64,000 nucleotides of DNA, taken from contig JBBDRK010000052.1 in assembly GCA_040905465.1 (NCBI GenBank), forward strand, positions 25,484 through 89,483, given 5' to 3'. A model generated the notes under the pieces. It ran no database searches. It saw nothing but the letters and a program-made list of their open reading frames with translations, and was not told where the DNA came from. The DNA comes from Trueperaceae bacterium. Lineage in GTDB: Bacteria; Deinococcota; Deinococci; Deinococcales; Trueperaceae. A program made the position numbers and the translations under genes. Of the stretch, positions 60,830 through 64,000 are shown one piece after another. Each line of letters opens with the position of its first letter. Position 1 is the stretch's first letter.

Positions 60830-62350
60830 GTGATGCCCGTGCACGCCTTCGACTGGCTGAATAAGCAGTCCGAGTTGCGGGCCGACCAACTGGCCCTGGT
60901 CGACGCCGCCAGCGGACGGGAGTCGACCTACGCACAGGTGAACGAACGCGCCAGCCGATGTGCCGAGTACCTTCGGGATCGGACAGGCATCAGGGTCGGC
61001 GACCGCATAGCCATACTCGCCCACAACAGCTCGGACTACATCGAGATCCTCTACGCCTGCGCAAAGCTGGGAGCGATCCTGGTGCCGCTCAACTGGCGCC
61101 TTGCTCCGGCGGAGCTCGATTTTGTCCTGGCCGACTGCAGGCCGAAGATGTTGATCTACGACCCCCCCTTCCGGGAAACGGTGGACAGGCTCAGGCAGAA
61201 GCCCGACGGACCGGCGATCACCCTGGGCACTGGCGACGACGGTGGCGTTACCTATGAGCAGGCGTTGGCCGACAGCTCGGGCGAAATCCTGCTCATGCCG
61301 GAACGCGACCCCGGCGAAACCTGGAGCGTCCTCTACACCTCCGGGACCACGGGACGACCCAAGGGGGTGCTGCAGACGTTCGACATGGCTCTGTTCAACA
61401 TGCTGAACATCGGGCTGCCCATCGAGCTCGGCTCGAGCGACACGACCCTGAACGTCCTCCCCTTCTTCCACACGGGCGGGCTCAACCTCTACCTGAATCC
61501 CACCCTCATCGTTGGGGGCACCGCCATAGTTCAGCGTAGCTTCGAGCCCGAGGAAACGCTACGGCTCCTGGCCCAGCGCACCACGGTTTTCTTCGGGGTT
61601 CCCGCCGTCTACCTGTTCCTGAGCCAGCACCCGGGATTCGACGACGCCGACCTCACAGGTGTTCGCTCCTGGGCGTGCGGCGGGGCGCCGATGCCGGTGA
61701 GTCTGCTCGAGCGTTACGCCGGAAGAGGTATCCGCATCCGCCAGGGTTTCGGCATGACCGAAACCGGACCGACGGTTTTCCTCATCGACGAGGCCAGCGC
61801 CCTCGCGAAGGCCGGGTCGGTCGGCAAGCCGCAGCTTTTCGTCGACGTACGCATCAAAGACGCCCAGGGCCGGGACGTTGCCGATGGCGAGCCCGGCGAA
61901 CTGCTGGTGAGGGGGCCAGCCGTAACGCCGGGTTACTGGGAGCTCCCCGCGGTCACCGCCGAAGCGCTGGAGAAGGGCTGGCTCCACACCGGCGACGTGG
62001 CGCGCCGCGACGAGGACGGCTACTACTACATCGTCGATCGGCTGAAGGACATGTACATCTCCGGCGGGGAGAACGTCTACCCGGCCGAGATCGAGCACGT
62101 TCTCCACACCCACCCCGCCGTGCTCGAGGCGGCGGTAATCGGCGTGCCCGACGAGCGCTGGGGCGAGGTCGGCAAGGCCGTGGTGGTGCTGAATGCAGCG
62201 GGGGACGTGAGCGAGCCCGTCCTACTGGAGCTCTGCCGGCGAGAGCTGGCCGGCTTCAAGGTGCCTAAGTCGATAGTCTTCGTAGCTGCACTCCCGCGCA
62301 ACGCAGCGGGAAAGGTGTCCAAGGCCGAGTTGCAGGAGAAGGCCAGATGA
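60830..62350 (+). CDS. Acyl-CoA synthetase (AMP-binding)
   Basis: YTSGTTGRPKG, GFGMTE, HTGD, DR.KDMYISGGENVYP. Confidence 0.93.
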   Translation: MMPVHAFDWLNKQSELRADQLALVDAASGRESTYAQVNERASRCAEYLRDRTGIRVGDRIAILAHNSSDYIEILYACAKLGAILVPLNWRLAPAELDFVLADCRPKMLIYDPPFRETVDRLRQKPDGPAITLGTGDDGGVTYEQALADSSGEILLMPERDPGETWSVLYTSGTTGRPKGVLQTFDMALFNMLNIGLPIELGSSDTTLNVLPFFHTGGLNLYLNPTLIVGGTAIVQRSFEPEETLRLLAQRTTVFFGVPAVYLFLSQHPGFDDADLTGVRSWACGGAPMPVSLLERYAGRGIRIRQGFGMTETGPTVFLIDEASALAKAGSVGKPQLFVDVRIKDAQGRDVADGEPGELLVRGPAVTPGYWELPAVTAEALEKGWLHTGDVARRDEDGYYYIVDRLKDMYISGGENVYPAEIEHVLHTHPAVLEAAVIGVPDERWGEVGKAVVVLNAAGDVSEPVLLELCRRELAGFKVPKSIVFVAALPRNAAGKVSKAELQEKAR

Positions 62351-62763
62351 CGGAGCGGCTGGAGATCGGCCGGGTGATCGAGTCGACTCGAACGTTGAGC
62401 CAGGACGACTTCGACCGCTTCGCCGCGCTCAGCGGAGACGACAATCCGATTCACGTCGACCCCCAGTTCGCCGCCACCACCCGCTTCGGTCGTACCGTCA
62501 GTCACGGCATGCTCCTTTACGGCGTGCTTTGCGCCGCCGTTCACGAGAACTTTCCCGGCGCAACGCAGCTCGGCCAGGACCTGATGTTCCCGAGCCCGAC
62601 ATTCGCCGGGGAAGAGATAACGGTACGTCTCGAAGTTACCGGGGCCGAACCGGGGACCGGTCAAAGAACTCCCGGCCTGCGCCTCGCCGTAGTAATGACC
62701 AAAGCGAACGGCGAGACGGTGTGCCAGGGCGAGGCGTTGCTGACCAGGAGGCAAGCGGAGTGA
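62347..62763 (+). CDS. MaoC/PhaJ-like (R)-specific enoyl-CoA hydratase
   Basis: FAALSGDDNPIHVD hydratase-2 motif and VSHGML. Confidence 0.9.
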   Translation: MTERLEIGRVIESTRTLSQDDFDRFAALSGDDNPIHVDPQFAATTRFGRTVSHGMLLYGVLCAAVHENFPGATQLGQDLMFPSPTFAGEEITVRLEVTGAEPGTGQRTPGLRLAVVMTKANGETVCQGEALLTRRQAE

Positions 62764-63533
62764 GCCCTCTTCTGCTCGAGGAGCGAGACGGGCAGGTGGC
62801 CACGCTGACACTGAACCGGCCGGAGCGGCACAACAGCCTGGTACCGGAACTGCTCGAAGCGATGCTCGACGCCCTCGCCGGCCTGGCGGCTTATCCCGAC
62901 CTGCGCGCCGTCGTGCTGCAGGCGAACGGTCCCTCCTTCTCGACAGGCGGTGACGTTCGGCGCTTCCACGACCAGTTGGGCACGATCGAGGAGTACGCCG
63001 GGAGGATCGTGGGGCTGCTGAACCGGGTGGTTCTCGCCATGATCTCGTTTCCGGTGCCCGTGGTGAGCGCGGTTCAAGGCATGGTCACCGGCGGCTCGCT
63101 GGGCCTGGTCGTCGCCTCCGACATCGTGCTTCTCGGACCGAGAGCGAGCTTCACGCCCTACTACGGCGTGGTCGGCTTCAGTCCGGACGGCGGCTGGACG
63201 GCACTCCTTCCCGCCCTGATCGGGCCCAGGCGGGCCGCCGAGGCGCTGCTGCTCAACCGCACAATCGGTGCCGAGGAGGCGGTCCTCTGGGGCTTGGCCA
63301 CTCGGCTGGTGGAGGAGCAGGCGCTGCGCCAGGAGGCGCAGGTGGTGGCGGCGGCGATAGCCGGGATGCAGCGGGGTAGCGTTCGGCGCAGCAAGACACT
63401 GCTCGCCGAAGCCATGCAGGGTGCCGCAGCGGGTTTACGACGCGAATACGAGCACTTCCTGGAACAGATCGTCAGTCCGGAGGCCAGGCTCGGGATGGCG
63501 GACTTCCTGGGCGAGGGCGAAGGAGACGGATAG
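62760..63533 (+). CDS. Enoyl-CoA hydratase/isomerase (crotonase)
   Basis: LTLNRPE..NSL, FSTGGD, PVVSAVQG..TGG, GFSPDGG. GTGA overlap with the MaoC gene. Confidence 0.9.
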   Translation: MSPLLLEERDGQVATLTLNRPERHNSLVPELLEAMLDALAGLAAYPDLRAVVLQANGPSFSTGGDVRRFHDQLGTIEEYAGRIVGLLNRVVLAMISFPVPVVSAVQGMVTGGSLGLVVASDIVLLGPRASFTPYYGVVGFSPDGGWTALLPALIGPRRAAEALLLNRTIGAEEAVLWGLATRLVEEQALRQEAQVVAAAIAGMQRGSVRRSKTLLAEAMQGAAAGLRREYEHFLEQIVSPEARLGMADFLGEGEGDG

Positions 63534-63535
63534 CC

Positions 63536-64000
63536 TTGAAATCGTTTCACCTCGGTCAGATCGCCTCGACGAGCCGCGCCTTCACAGAATCGGACGTCGC
63601 CGCCTATCGCTCGCTCAGCGGGGATCACGGCCTCGCCTTCGGACCGGGCCAGCAGAGTGGCGTGCCCGGTCCCCTGCTGAGCGGGATGTTCTCCTGCCTG
63701 CTGGGCACCAAGCTACCCGGACGCGGCACGAACTGGCTCAAACAGTCGCTGAGCTTCCCGGCTCGGGCCTCACCGAACGAGCGGATAACGGCTTCCGTGG
63801 AGATCGTCAGGATGCGGTCGGAGAAGGGGCTCGTCAACCTGCGAACCGTATGTACCGGCGATGGCGGCCGGGTCGTATGCGAGGGCGAGGCGCTCGTGTT
63901 GATCGCGGATGTCGCGCCTCGCCGCCTCGCTGCCGGTGACGAGACCGTGCCCGATAACGCGCCCAGGGCCGCGCTCGAAACGGATCTCGCGAGCGGGCTG
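63536..64000 (+). CDS. Second MaoC-like hot-dog fold protein, 3'-truncated by the window edge (absent from the ORF track)
   Basis: Own translation: MKSFHLGQIASTSRAFTESDVAAYRSLSGD...VPGPLLSGMFSCLLGTKLPGRGTNWLKQSLSF...VCEGEALV. SD AAGGAG. Confidence 0.8.
   Translation, partial: MKSFHLGQIASTSRAFTESDVAAYRSLSGDHGLAFGPGQQSGVPGPLLSGMFSCLLGTKLPGRGTNWLKQSLSFPARASPNERITASVEIVRMRSEKGLVNLRTVCTGDGGRVVCEGEALVLIADVAPRRLAAGDETVPDNAPRAALETDLASGL

Noticed and set aside
63267-63279. 13-bp match to the tRNA-Leu 3' end (GGTGCCGAGGAGG) as an att duplication
   Set aside because: It lies inside the crotonase CDS, on the wrong side of the tRNA, with no integrase; likely chance.

Overview
GC-rich bacterial chromosomal window, most likely Deinococcota and plausibly Trueperaceae-like. 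The evidence is a Taq-like PolA, a Thermus TmpR-like SDR and pervasive leaderless TANNNT promoters. Bases 1-41.7 kb are mostly core genes: exbB-exbD plus a TonB/TolA-like DUF3048 protein, ppc, ymdB, lrp-eis, a DinG-like helicase, tRNA-Leu(GAG), trmH, lipB-lipA, an HD-GYP protein, pdxS-PBP1A-pdxT, trpE-trpG-GT2-trpD, fabI, polA, glmM and treZ-treY-glgX. Bases 41.7-50.4 kb are an accessory catabolic locus (MBL hydrolase, M24 peptidase, a peptide ABC transporter lacking ATPases, an AKR, TIGR04076 and an AKR-Rid fusion). An AT-richer 770-bp spacer with repeated dyads follows. Bases 51.2-64 kb are a TetR-led acyl-CoA operon (Cys-His-His FabH-like enzyme, two acyl-CoA ligases, two alpha/beta hydrolases, a Liv-type ABC transporter, MaoC proteins and a crotonase). 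The best candidate for a new system is the ExbBD-type motor whose TonB-like transducer ends in DUF3048 instead of a TonB_C/TolA_C domain. Also notable are a leaderless Trp-containing leader before trpE and recurrent short coupling ORFs. No CRISPR array, rRNA, transposase or integrase was recognised. All family calls come from motif recognition, not database searches.
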